39,449 nt of DNA from Trichomonas gallinae (lineage: Eukaryota). The stretch is from assembly GCA_008369845.1 (NCBI GenBank), contig MRSU01006473.1, forward strand, positions 1 through 39,449. The letters run 5' to 3'. The notes beneath the pieces are model-generated. The model saw only the letters and a program-made list of their open reading frames with translations, was not told the DNA's origin and searched no databases. Below are positions 27,201-36,378 of this stretch, one piece after another. Every line of letters starts with the position of its first letter. The first letter of the stretch is position 1. The position numbers were made by a program, and so were the translations under genes.

Positions 27201-27269
27201 TTTTCTTTTGATCCTGTTAAAGCAAAAATAACCATGCCAGAGAATGTTACAATAGATATGTTTGAATAA
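24243..27269 (+). CDS. Divergent HECT-domain protein of UFD4/TRIP12-like layout, probably catalytically inactive
   Basis: FPFLFPLKMRY resembles the UFD4/TRIP12 'PFLFPFETR' motif. Other HECT-like motifs: LGIIVGKSIAMGLTLPFEIHPALF, FKSGISKCI..LSVLSGREISHMLYG and EEKRVNFLKNLVGA. The C-lobe has no Cys. Confidence 0.7.
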   Translation: MINAFLTRKINWIKGKNISTPIDPNSEPHSDPVQKMDEVSLNDLDDLLVQFSDGRTSIPTLSDKISLYIEQNDLLSLKKLKNYNEFVKFSNSIRADNMRHLYKGYRLISQMFKVANLKKSKQEYLFLIDFVCCYSPWFFKNLNIQDIVTKNDIFQQIENLSNNFIDFRMGIISYEMINYFLDDNAQVSSLSLRIFQAISKYILPNNSISCIPRLYSILNLSTNIVLTITILQILSKMIDNKSLGRIVISLKNLNIESILERFKQESHLKQLITEFSRFFLIFIQTTIDQWSQTKITEFMNFITDNFYPIVPEIIDIYIKLNPRIPNLQFRIISEYLTGNTIDKLQDKETMQKLNFDLLNQIIINKLTVNCSPKRQEPSNQFRDIFTKNRSENLNFEYSVTGFKSFVNNKNHNPLQIYNSSVLKSVYEYLSKQEANYKYFKKELVKLKDLCFIILSIIPFPTPNDPFPSKSVDDFLDKKIRIKVKKDNTEKDFTVKIHSYFKELEVLVNQEFDGLTEPPGELKKGVSIVNKDDLLSKHVQYSLSQNQNFKFYFFICKRNFYVNRQNILHAISDSTASISSFSREKLIFEPILNENKSNLEPSLMKVYVDERIEVIFRILEEIYRLNPNLDFLDNYLIHKVDYYFRNFISGTLSRSSYVPWLIYRFPFLFPLKMRYTASVIVNNDLNYGCDVFSLYLTGSKSKSFGVDIEINYDDVFNAGNVFLSICRLPMFNYIPKIKGNLIGMQRFWTKYIDFLYKDFYNRIVNLCIYKFTRKIFLYPFSDIKEKQLIITLGIIVGKSIAMGLTLPFEIHPALFDMILGKKLSIKEISEDFDKEMEEKEFIGRTFTYPHDTSRTIGQEMKITDHNIKIYKEKVISYTCGDDMEQTLNLFKSGISKCIDISTLSVLSGREISHMLYGGNGPFQREEILKIDHEKISEKQFDVFVKFITTANEEKRVNFLKNLVGAQTVPFNDLLMLQPKIEFEKGQKFSFDPVKAKITMPENVTIDMFE

Positions 27270-27412
27270 ATCATGTTTTATAGATGTTTTTAATCATCAA
27301 TTTTAATTTTTAAAGCAAATCAATGCATAAATGCTATAAATCGATAATATTATATCATTTATATGTGTATTTGTTATTATAATGTCATAATGTCAGTTTT
27401 CATTTAACAAAA

Positions 27413-28816
27413 TTGCAAGAAGATTATAAAGAACCAAGTTCAAACAAAGATAATCAAAATATTGAAGCATTGGATGATTTTGAATCTGTACAGACAAAAT
27501 ATACAGAAATACTCAATGAAATTCTAGGATTAATTGATACATTTCATTCAAACAACGTTTTTGAACCTAAGATCCTATATCAAATTGATGGATTGACGAA
27601 ATTTATTAGTGTACAAACGAAAGAAATGCAAGAAAAACTAATTACTCAAATTGGATATTTTCAACTTGGTAAAATCTTCGATTTGATCATTTATTTTGAT
27701 AGTTGCATAGAAGAAACCCCTAATGATGCATCTACCATTGATCAAATACATTGCATTGTTAAATTATTTGATGTTTTAACTTCAAATGAAGGATTTTCAT
27801 TTTATAAGCTTGGTTCTTCATGTCAAATTGGGATTTTAGCCAAAATTCTACCAAAGATTCAACCAGATCACGATTGTTTTTCAAATATAGTTAAATTTAT
27901 CAAAAATTCTTTATTTTCAGACGCAAGCGAGTTTATATTGCAGAATTCTTTCCAAAAAGAGTTAATTTTTGATCTTTTCATGCGTTTTATTTCTTTTCCT
28001 GATGAAAAATTATCAAATTCTTTGATCATGATTTTATATTATTTTTCTACTCATAATGATGGTGATTCATTCGTTTTACTTCGCAAAACTCTTGAAATCG
28101 ACGTCAGAGAACAAATTCAAGATCCAATTGGACTTTGCTTTTTGTTTTGGTCCATTTTCTATTTCATAGAGTCAAGCATGTTTGATTTTGAAGCTCTTGA
28201 TGACTTATTTGCATTCTTAGAGTTTAATTTACACAAAATTGATTTTACTACCAAAATTGTTCTTCCAGAACGTCAGCAAAGGTATCTAGTCCCACTGATG
28301 AAGGTTTATCAGTCTCTTTTTCAACATGAAATTTCAATTCCGATTTTTGATTTATCTTTGTTTCTAGAGGTCTTGCATTTAGCATCCAGTGAACTATTCG
28401 AGGAAACATGCAATTTGCTATCGATTTCAGTCGTGAGAAGGCATCCTGAAAAACAAATCAAATTTTTGAATGTCTTATTCATAAGATTTTGCGATTCAGA
28501 GACAAATAAGAGGATAAATATCGCAATTGTGATAGCTGACATAATAGAATCGATTCCTGATGATTTTGTTAGCGAAATCTTTTCTTTTGAGTTATTTTCA
28601 TTTATTTCTTCAGTTATTGACAAATCTGGCTCGATGATGAAGAAACTAGTCATAACACTTTACAGGATGTTTAATACACAGCTTTCTATTGGAAAATCAG
28701 CAGAATTTCAAGAAGTTCTTCATGAAAACTCAATTTCTGATGATTTAGAAGAAATCATTGAAAACACAGATGATCCAGAAATAATCAACATGATTGAACA
28801 AATAATTGGTGAATAA
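27413..28816 (+). CDS. ARM/HEAT-like helical hypothetical protein; start uncertain
   Basis: 467-codon frame from TTG at 27413; the first in-frame ATG is at 27626. Helical, L/I/F-rich repeats. Confidence 0.65.
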   Translation: MQEDYKEPSSNKDNQNIEALDDFESVQTKYTEILNEILGLIDTFHSNNVFEPKILYQIDGLTKFISVQTKEMQEKLITQIGYFQLGKIFDLIIYFDSCIEETPNDASTIDQIHCIVKLFDVLTSNEGFSFYKLGSSCQIGILAKILPKIQPDHDCFSNIVKFIKNSLFSDASEFILQNSFQKELIFDLFMRFISFPDEKLSNSLIMILYYFSTHNDGDSFVLLRKTLEIDVREQIQDPIGLCFLFWSIFYFIESSMFDFEALDDLFAFLEFNLHKIDFTTKIVLPERQQRYLVPLMKVYQSLFQHEISIPIFDLSLFLEVLHLASSELFEETCNLLSISVVRRHPEKQIKFLNVLFIRFCDSETNKRINIAIVIADIIESIPDDFVSEIFSFELFSFISSVIDKSGSMMKKLVITLYRMFNTQLSIGKSAEFQEVLHENSISDDLEEIIENTDDPEIINMIEQIIGE

Positions 28817-28817
28817 T

Positions 28818-29153
28818 CAAGATGGATCTTATTATATTGGTCTTGAAAAAGCAAATTTTCGGCTCAAAGATGCTGTTTCTCATCAAGAATTCACTGATTA
28901 GATTCCAAAAACCAAAGATTATTAGTTCAAATTTATCTCAAGACTTCACCAATATATTAAGACTTAACAAGATGATATGTTTATAACATTCAAGAAGTTC
29001 AATCTAAATACAACATTCCAAATCGATCCAAGGCAATGTATCATGATTTTAACTTACATTGATGAATTAGACAAATTTAATTCTAAAAAGTATATTGAAT
29101 TTATCAAAACATTAGGTTTATTGTTTTTGAAATATGTGACAATACATTTGTAA
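28818..29153 (+). pseudogene. Decayed coding fragment
   Basis: One frame of 112 codons has only three internal stops: QDGSYYIGLEKANFRLKDAVSHQEFTD*IPKTKDY*FKFISRLHQYIKT*QDDMFITF...YVTIHL*. Confidence 0.4.
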
Positions 29154-29243
29154 ATATTTGACATTCGACATGTAATTATAATTTTGTAAACTAAAATTGT
29201 CAAATGTCAGATTTATGAAAATTGAAAAGTTTACACGACCAAA

Positions 29244-32006
29244 ATGATTTGCTTCTTTTCTTTCTTTTTTGCGCGAGTTTATTCGGTAAACGAAGGCAAC
29301 TACAGGACGTGCGATCAGTCTCCATTCTGCCACAGGAACCGTGAGACTGATAAGCAGTTCTGGTCAGTTCTTGATAAAGAAATCGATTATAACAAAAATT
29401 ATTTCCAGTGTTTAATACAAGATGATAGCGCAGACAAGCAGCTTGTTATGTTTGTATATTTCCTGCAGACAGGAATTCGTTTTAGAATCGAGTCTTCTGA
29501 AACTGAAAATTTCAGAAGATTCGATGCAGCGAAAGAGCATACAATTGTCGACAAAGTCGAAGTCAACGTAACAAAACCATACTCACATTCGACAAATCAT
29601 ACTCATATCTTCTTAACACAAGGAGATCAATCAGTTACGATCTCAATTAAGCCATTCACAGCAACTCTAACAACGACAAAAGGAAGAATTCTCGTTATTA
29701 ATCCTGATGATACTGCTATTTTCGAACATAACAGAGATAGAAACAGAAATCCAACATTATTCCACCACGCTGACTTTGAAGGAACAATTGATAAGATACC
29801 TAACGGTCCTACATCAGTTGCCATGGATTTCTTGTTCCTTGGTGACAATGTACGCTTCCACGGTCTTCCAGAACATACATTAAACTTAACTCTTCCATAT
29901 ACAACTCACAGACTTCGCAGACAGAACAAAATCACATACAATCCAGTTACAGACCCAATTCGTCTATTCAACGTCGACATCAACAGATACGAAATCGGAA
30001 ATCCAATGTCTATGTACGGTGCAATACCATTCCTTTTAGCGCGCGACAATAAGAAGTCAACGGGCTTGTTTTGGTGCAACCCAAGTGAAACGTGGGTCGA
30101 CACAAGTGAAGAAAGGACGGGAACATTGGCGAGATTCTTATCTGAAGGTGGCTACATAGATTTCTTCATTTTCACAGGGAACAATCCATCGGAAGTCCTC
30201 AGGAAATACACACAACTCACGGGAAGACCTCCTCTTCCGCAGGGATTTGTTTTAGGTTATCACCAATCACGCTGGAACTACAAATCATCGAAAGACGTCA
30301 GACAGATTTTGAACGGACTGGATAATGCTTTAATTCCTGTAGATGCCTTGTGGCTGGACTTGGACCACTTGGACGACAAGATGTATTTCACGTATAATCC
30401 ATATACATTCGCAGATTTCCAGAAACTGCAGGACGAATATGACTCACTGGAGAGAAAATTCGTTGCGTTGATTGACCCGCACTTGAGGATCGACATGGGT
30501 TATTATGTATTCGAGCAGGCATTCAATCAGCACTTTTTAGTCAAAACGAGACTCGACAGTGACTATGAAGGCGAGTGCTGGCCAGGCGAGTCGTCGTGGG
30601 TCGACTTCGCGAATCCATGGGCGAGAGTTTGGTGGGAGACAATGTTCGAATTCGAGAATTACAGGGGCTCAACTTTGTCATTGTATGCATGGAATGATAT
30701 GAATGAGCCTTCTGTTTTCGATGTCCCAGATAATACAATTCCAAAGGATACAGTGCATTACAAGAAAATTGAAAACAGAGAACTGCACAACGCTTACGGC
30801 CACTACATGTCACTCGCAACTTACGGAGGTTTAATGAAACGTGACAATGATGAAGATGACAGACCTTTCGTTCTCACTCGCTCTTTCTTCGCTGGCACAC
30901 AAAAATACGCAGCAACATGGACAGGTGATAACACAGCTGACTGGAATCACTTGGCAGCATCAATCCCGATGATTCTGACATTAGGTTTATCAGGCATGCC
31001 ATTCGCCGGGGCTGATGTTGGCGGTTTCTTTGATTCACCATCGAATAACTTGCTCGCAAGATGGTTCCAGCTTGGCGCATGGTGCTATCCTTTCTTCCGC
31101 GAGCATTGCCATCACGATAGTGCGGACAGAGAGCCATTCAGACTAAAAGGACCACATCTGGAAGCAGTCAGAAGAGCAATTGACGATAGATATACTAACT
31201 TCATGTACTGGTATACATTGGCAAGGAACACAAACAAAACTGGCGAGCCAATGTCAAGGCCAGTGTGGTGGGAATTCCCTAATGACAGAAGGTTCGGTGA
31301 TGTCGAAACGATGTTCATGCTCGGCCCGTCTTTCTTAGTTGCACCAATATTAAACGACGAAGTTTACAATAGAACAGTCGATCTTCCATTCGGCAGATGG
31401 TACAACTATCACACATCCATTGAGTGCGAGCGTGATAACCACGAGAAAACAGTAGTTGATGCTCCAATCACGCATATCCCTGTTTTACTTAGAGGCGGAT
31501 CGATCATTCCGCAGAAAACATGGAAGAGGCGGACATCATTCTTGATGAGGCATGACCCGATCACACTTTTAATCGCCCTCGATCAGAACAATGAAGCTAG
31601 TGGTGAGCTGTATGATGATGACCAGCAGACAACAGCATTCGCACAAGGCGATTACATATTCGCGAAATATGCTTACACGAACAACATCATTTCTTCGAAC
31701 GTCAGAGACTCCGGAATGGCCAGAAATGATTTCTTCGAGGAATATGATGTCAAAGTCGAAAAGATCAAAGTCCTGGGCTTGAAAGCTAAGCCAAAAGCAG
31801 TCAAAGGTCCTAAGGGCGACATGGAAACAGATTGGGATGAACAGTCTCATATTTTGACAATTCACAGAGTTATGCAGCCAGTAAAGAGATCATGGACAAT
31901 CACACTCGATGTTCCACAAGATCAAAGCTCGCTGACAGCATCAAAGACAGCTGATAAACAAAAGCCAACTTCAAAGGTCACAGGCGATGAGAGAGTTGAC
32001 CTCTAA
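29244..32006 (+). CDS. GANAB: Glucosidase II alpha subunit (GH31, ER alpha-1,3-glucosidase)
   Basis: Short signal peptide, then NYRTCDQSPFCHRNR (the GII-alpha N-terminal motif), GYHQSRWNY, the nucleophile motif WNDMNEPSVF, the acid/base motif WTGDN, GADVGGFF and YPFFREH. Confidence 0.93.
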   Translation: MICFFSFFFARVYSVNEGNYRTCDQSPFCHRNRETDKQFWSVLDKEIDYNKNYFQCLIQDDSADKQLVMFVYFLQTGIRFRIESSETENFRRFDAAKEHTIVDKVEVNVTKPYSHSTNHTHIFLTQGDQSVTISIKPFTATLTTTKGRILVINPDDTAIFEHNRDRNRNPTLFHHADFEGTIDKIPNGPTSVAMDFLFLGDNVRFHGLPEHTLNLTLPYTTHRLRRQNKITYNPVTDPIRLFNVDINRYEIGNPMSMYGAIPFLLARDNKKSTGLFWCNPSETWVDTSEERTGTLARFLSEGGYIDFFIFTGNNPSEVLRKYTQLTGRPPLPQGFVLGYHQSRWNYKSSKDVRQILNGLDNALIPVDALWLDLDHLDDKMYFTYNPYTFADFQKLQDEYDSLERKFVALIDPHLRIDMGYYVFEQAFNQHFLVKTRLDSDYEGECWPGESSWVDFANPWARVWWETMFEFENYRGSTLSLYAWNDMNEPSVFDVPDNTIPKDTVHYKKIENRELHNAYGHYMSLATYGGLMKRDNDEDDRPFVLTRSFFAGTQKYAATWTGDNTADWNHLAASIPMILTLGLSGMPFAGADVGGFFDSPSNNLLARWFQLGAWCYPFFREHCHHDSADREPFRLKGPHLEAVRRAIDDRYTNFMYWYTLARNTNKTGEPMSRPVWWEFPNDRRFGDVETMFMLGPSFLVAPILNDEVYNRTVDLPFGRWYNYHTSIECERDNHEKTVVDAPITHIPVLLRGGSIIPQKTWKRRTSFLMRHDPITLLIALDQNNEASGELYDDDQQTTAFAQGDYIFAKYAYTNNIISSNVRDSGMARNDFFEEYDVKVEKIKVLGLKAKPKAVKGPKGDMETDWDEQSHILTIHRVMQPVKRSWTITLDVPQDQSSLTASKTADKQKPTSKVTGDERVDL

Positions 32007-32263
32007 TTTCTTTTCTTCTTTGTTTGAGAATATAAAAATATCATTGCTAATGTACCGTATATTTTTAATCTTCTATGATAAATTGACATTGATATCTTTT
32101 TACAACCGAACTAGTGTTCATAATAAGGTGCTTCGATTATTCACGACTAATCTGCTATGATAAGAATAATCAAATATGATAAATATGACATTCTGCCACA
32201 TAAAAAATTATTGGGTCAAAATATTTCGTGTTTTTTTTTTTAATTAGTTTTATAAAATAAACA

Positions 32264-34249
32264 TTACTCACCATATTTAACTGCAACTTCGTTTTTGTCG
32301 TTGACATCTTCCATTTTCTCTGCAGAGACCTTGGAGCTCTGATCCTTCTTGTGGGCCTCCTTCATGTCTTCGATTGTCTTGTTGACCTTCTCTGACTGCT
32401 CGCTTGCCTGGAATCCGTCGATTGACTTCTCCGACTGGAAGCAGACGAAGACGATATCGATGATGTTGTCATATGCTGAGAGGAGGAATGAAGAAATGAT
32501 GTATGAGAGGAAGAAGACGACGAATGCAGATAGAATTGCACCAGCGAGTGACTCCTTCTTCGTGAAGTACACCCAGACCATGAACAAAAGTGTCGTTATG
32601 ACGGAGACGACAACCTTGGAAAGGAACAAGATGAAGAACGAAATTCCATTGAGCATGATTGTGAGAAGTGTGTCTGAGATGACGACGTCGACAACCAATT
32701 TGGCTGATGGACCCCAGTTTGTGTTGAAGATCTGTTGGATGGTGAACAAGACTTTGTTGAGATACTGGACGATCTTCGTGAAGCACCACAGGCAGCACTT
32801 GAAGCACTTGATAAGGAACCTGACAACAGCTGGAGCACCCTCCGCCTTAGACTTCCTGTCGAGGTACTCCATGAAGATGATGAACAAGTATAGTGGGGTC
32901 ATGATGAGCGAAGAGATCGTGATTGTGCCTAATGCTTTGGTCCACGCGAGCCAGAAGCCGTAGAAGCATGTGCAGCCGCAGCATGTCTTTCCCTTCTGTC
33001 CGGAGAAGTACCATTTGACGATGGCGACTGATGATGCGTAGTAGTTAACGAAATACATGTGGACGGAGATGAAGATCACATAGACGAAGTTGTAGATGAG
33101 CATGTACTGTAGTACCTTTGTTGGATTCAATTTGATCTGTGTGATGCCTTTATCATTGCCATCATCGTCGACCCAGATCTTGAAGTCCGCGGAGGAGTAG
33201 AGTGTCACGGACGAAACGAGAAGGCAGGCCCAGAAGATGAAAGCGAAGATCATTGTGATGATAGGGACGAACAAAATCATGAAGTTCTGCCCGAGAGCCT
33301 TTGCTGCGACTTTGATGATTGCGACAGCAGACTTCAGCTTGCTCCAGAGGAAGATGATGATGAGTATGATGATGAATGCGATGATCCAAATAACAACAGC
33401 AGTGATTTGGGAGCCTGTGAGCTTCTTTGAGGCAACAACTTCCTTGATTGTGCCCATGAAGTTGCCCTTCATGAATAACCAAACGCCGATGCCGATAAGA
33501 GCAATTGGAACTAAGAAAACAACGAAATAAACAATGCATCCAGTAACGCAGCGGAGGAGCATGATCCAAATGAGACCGACGATCAAGGATGCAAATGACA
33601 TAGCAAGGATGTGCCATTTAAGCTTGAAAACTGAGTTCAAGGCGCTTGATAATGCTGGAATTGCGTCAAGAGCCTGCTTGAGGCCATCAACGAACTGGGT
33701 TCCATTGATAATATCCTCCTCAACATTGATCTTTGGGATGCAACGGTTGAAAAGCTCTTCTGTTTCATAAGAATATGTATCATTAGCATCTGGATAGAAT
33801 GTTGTATTGTACAAATCTGTGCTCAAATGTGTGAGATTATCATTCTGTCCGGTGGCATTATACTTAAGAATCGCTGTGAGATCACCTTCATTCGGGCATT
33901 TCTTAACACAAATCTGTCTAGTAACGTTGAGAGCATCGAAGAAAAGGTATGGATAATCTGTTAAGTCCAAAAGTTCGAGCTCAGCTTCTTTTGATGTAAT
34001 TTTGAGGTTTTTGTTGTTATAGCCGCAGTATTGGCCATGTGTATCCCATGAATTGGTAAGAACAAACATATTGCGCTTAACAATGCCCAAAACAAGCAAG
34101 GCAATCATGCATCCGAATAAAATCAGGAAAATAATCGCGCAAAAACAGTTATGGCATTTCATGTGATTAACATCGCCAGGGTATTCATACTTACCCCATA
34201 TCTTGTTGGATTCTTCAGAACCATCTGGAGGTCCACTTCTAACACCCAT
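32264..34249 (-). CDS. Choline transporter-like protein (CTL/SLC44/Pns1 family)
   Basis: About 10 TM helices, the N-terminal motifs KCHNCFC, WDTHGQYCG and QICVKKCP, the Cys motif CFKCCLWCFTKIVQYLN, and IDIVFVCF at the C-terminus. Confidence 0.88.
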   Translation of the reverse strand: MGVRSGPPDGSEESNKIWGKYEYPGDVNHMKCHNCFCAIIFLILFGCMIALLVLGIVKRNMFVLTNSWDTHGQYCGYNNKNLKITSKEAELELLDLTDYPYLFFDALNVTRQICVKKCPNEGDLTAILKYNATGQNDNLTHLSTDLYNTTFYPDANDTYSYETEELFNRCIPKINVEEDIINGTQFVDGLKQALDAIPALSSALNSVFKLKWHILAMSFASLIVGLIWIMLLRCVTGCIVYFVVFLVPIALIGIGVWLFMKGNFMGTIKEVVASKKLTGSQITAVVIWIIAFIIILIIIFLWSKLKSAVAIIKVAAKALGQNFMILFVPIITMIFAFIFWACLLVSSVTLYSSADFKIWVDDDGNDKGITQIKLNPTKVLQYMLIYNFVYVIFISVHMYFVNYYASSVAIVKWYFSGQKGKTCCGCTCFYGFWLAWTKALGTITISSLIMTPLYLFIIFMEYLDRKSKAEGAPAVVRFLIKCFKCCLWCFTKIVQYLNKVLFTIQQIFNTNWGPSAKLVVDVVISDTLLTIMLNGISFFILFLSKVVVSVITTLLFMVWVYFTKKESLAGAILSAFVVFFLSYIISSFLLSAYDNIIDIVFVCFQSEKSIDGFQASEQSEKVNKTIEDMKEAHKKDQSSKVSAEKMEDVNDKNEVAVKYGE

Positions 34250-35301
34250 TTATTTTTTTTAGCAAAAAACGGAAAATTTTTAAAGTTTTTCTGTATTTGC
34301 TTATTTAGCTGCATTACTTGGAATAAACCAATAAAACCAACAAAAAAATTATTTAAAAAATTTACAAAATTTCACATATTATCGAGTAATCAATTTCCAC
34401 GAAAATGCAATAAAAATTTTTTACGACTTAAAAAAAAAATTAATTGAGAGGTCGTTACAATCAAAATTATTTATTATTCATTACATTATACATATCAAAA
34501 TTATGCAAAAAATGATTTTTCAATGTCTTTCAATTCTAATCATTCATTTTGAATTGACTGCGTATATCTACTCATAAACATCAACTATGGCTAATTTGCG
34601 ATAAAATTTTCATTTACAAAATTTCGGAAAGTTGTAGGGCATCATTTTCCCGCGAAATGTAAAAAATTACAATACTCATGGCCTGCTTCCTCAAACCATC
34701 ATCGTGAACGGATCTGAATTTTGGCGCCTTTTTGAATTCAAGTTTTTGTGCGGAGAAACATCACCGAGAATAAGGTTCCAGTATAAAACCAAGTCTATTA
34801 ATGTTTGTTAGTAGAATAAATACAAAAAAATCATTAAATTATTTTAATTTCTATAAATACTGTTTATACAAAAACGATGCATGTGCTGATGAATATTTTG
34901 ATTGTATATCTACTGTATGCAAGATTTATAGCATATCAAAAGCATTTTAAAGTTTGTTGAATATCAATATTATTTTGATATTATTCTAACATTGAAACAT
35001 ACACATATTATATTCTGATAAAACGATAAAAATGCTATTTCACTCAGAGAATTGTTATAAGTACTCAAATAAAGTCTAAATTAGGAAGCGAATTCAATAT
35101 TTGACATGTAAACATATAATTTGACAAGTAAATTTATATAACTTGTCATGTAATGTTCAGAAATTATATTGCAAGAAATTTCTCTGATTGGTTAACTATA
35201 GAAAGAACATATTTTATAAGCTACAGATTTATGTTGGAAAAATTTAAAATATATCAATTTAATATAACAGAATTCTTTAAATTTGAGAACAATATTTGAT
35301 T

Positions 35302-35844
35302 TTAAACTCTTTCAATGAAGAGCTTTCCATTAGCTGGGCCTAAATAGCCGAACAAAATTAGGAACAGATCGAACATATAAGCAATTCCAAATCCGCCGAT
35401 TGTCAAGCACTTGAAAACGGCAGATATGTAGTATCCGAGATAGAATCTATCTGCTGCGAAGCCCCCCAAAAATAGAGAAAGTAAAAACGCTGTTTTCTGT
35501 GATTTTTCAGCTGCTTTGCAAACTGTTTTGCGTTGGAAGATTGAATTTCCCATGCAAGGAACCGTTGCGCGACAATCTGAGAAAAATTGATCAATTTTTG
35601 GCGTACAATCAATGCAATCTTCGCATTGAAGCTTGTCGACTGGAAGTTGGAAGCAATATCTGCATGGGAAAGAGACATTAATTGTTCTCTCGCCAGTGCA
35701 TTGAGTTGATGGAAAAACATAACAAGTAAAGTTCACAACTTCATCGAGAGTGCATTGATCATTTGGCGGGCAAAGCATTTCCCATGGCTCTACGTCCGTG
35801 CAGTTCTTCGAAAATATATTTTGCGCAAGAATGAAAAGAAGCAT
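35302..35844 (-). CDS. TM2-domain protein, TM2D3/almondex-like
   Basis: Signal peptide, a Cys-rich ectodomain with CRYCFQLP and CMGNSIF, and a TM2 domain AFLLSLFLGGFAADRFYLG..KCLTIGGFGI..DLFLILFGYLGPANG. Confidence 0.88.
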   Translation of the reverse strand: MLLFILAQNIFSKNCTDVEPWEMLCPPNDQCTLDEVVNFTCYVFPSTQCTGERTINVSFPCRYCFQLPVDKLQCEDCIDCTPKIDQFFSDCRATVPCMGNSIFQRKTVCKAAEKSQKTAFLLSLFLGGFAADRFYLGYYISAVFKCLTIGGFGIAYMFDLFLILFGYLGPANGKLFIERV

Positions 35845-36007
35845 TTTTTTTGTTATGTAAACATAACCTTAAAAACTTTTTTTCATCAGCGGAAACAAGA
35901 ATTTGATTTTTGAAAATTAAAACTGATTAAAAATATCAGCAATTCTCTTGGTTCTATATCTGCAGTTAATGATAAACATTGCGAACATCCAATTAATTAT
36001 ATGAAAC

Positions 36008-36196
36008 AACAAGACAGCTTTGATTATCGCTTCAGAAAAAGATCATCATTTTTGTTGTCAAGCTCTTTCTCGCATTTCCTGTAATAGATTACAATACAAC
36101 AAATGAATGGAATGACACACCTTTGATGTTCGCAACAAGAAAAGTATATAACAATGCTATCAGACTCATTCTCAATACCCCCAAATAATTGTCAAC
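36008..36196 (+). pseudogene. Frameshifted ankyrin-repeat fragment
   Basis: NKTALIIASEKDHHF, then an extra T, then VVKLFLAFPVIDYNTTNEWNDTPLMFATRKVYNNAIRLILNTP. This gives two ankyrin repeats with TAL..A and TPL..A motifs, but no intact ORF. Confidence 0.7.
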
Positions 36197-36378
36197 ACAT
36201 GATTAATTCTACACTATAATAAGCAGGCATTGTTATATAATGGACTTCATAAATATGAAATGTAGCTCATAAATAATAAGCGTCTTATTTAAAAGTCACA
36301 GAATGATGTGTTAATAAACAGAATAGCTTATAAGTACTCACATAATATTCATTTATTCAAACATAAAACATAAAAATT

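Noticed and set aside
32349..33770. Met-rich plus-strand ORFs (204, 97 and 78 aa)
   Set aside because: Antisense artefacts of the codon bias of the CTL gene.
34880..34900. CTGATGA as a hammerhead core or C/D snoRNA box
   Set aside because: No matching GAAA with a closing stem, and no convincing C/D pair with a terminal stem.
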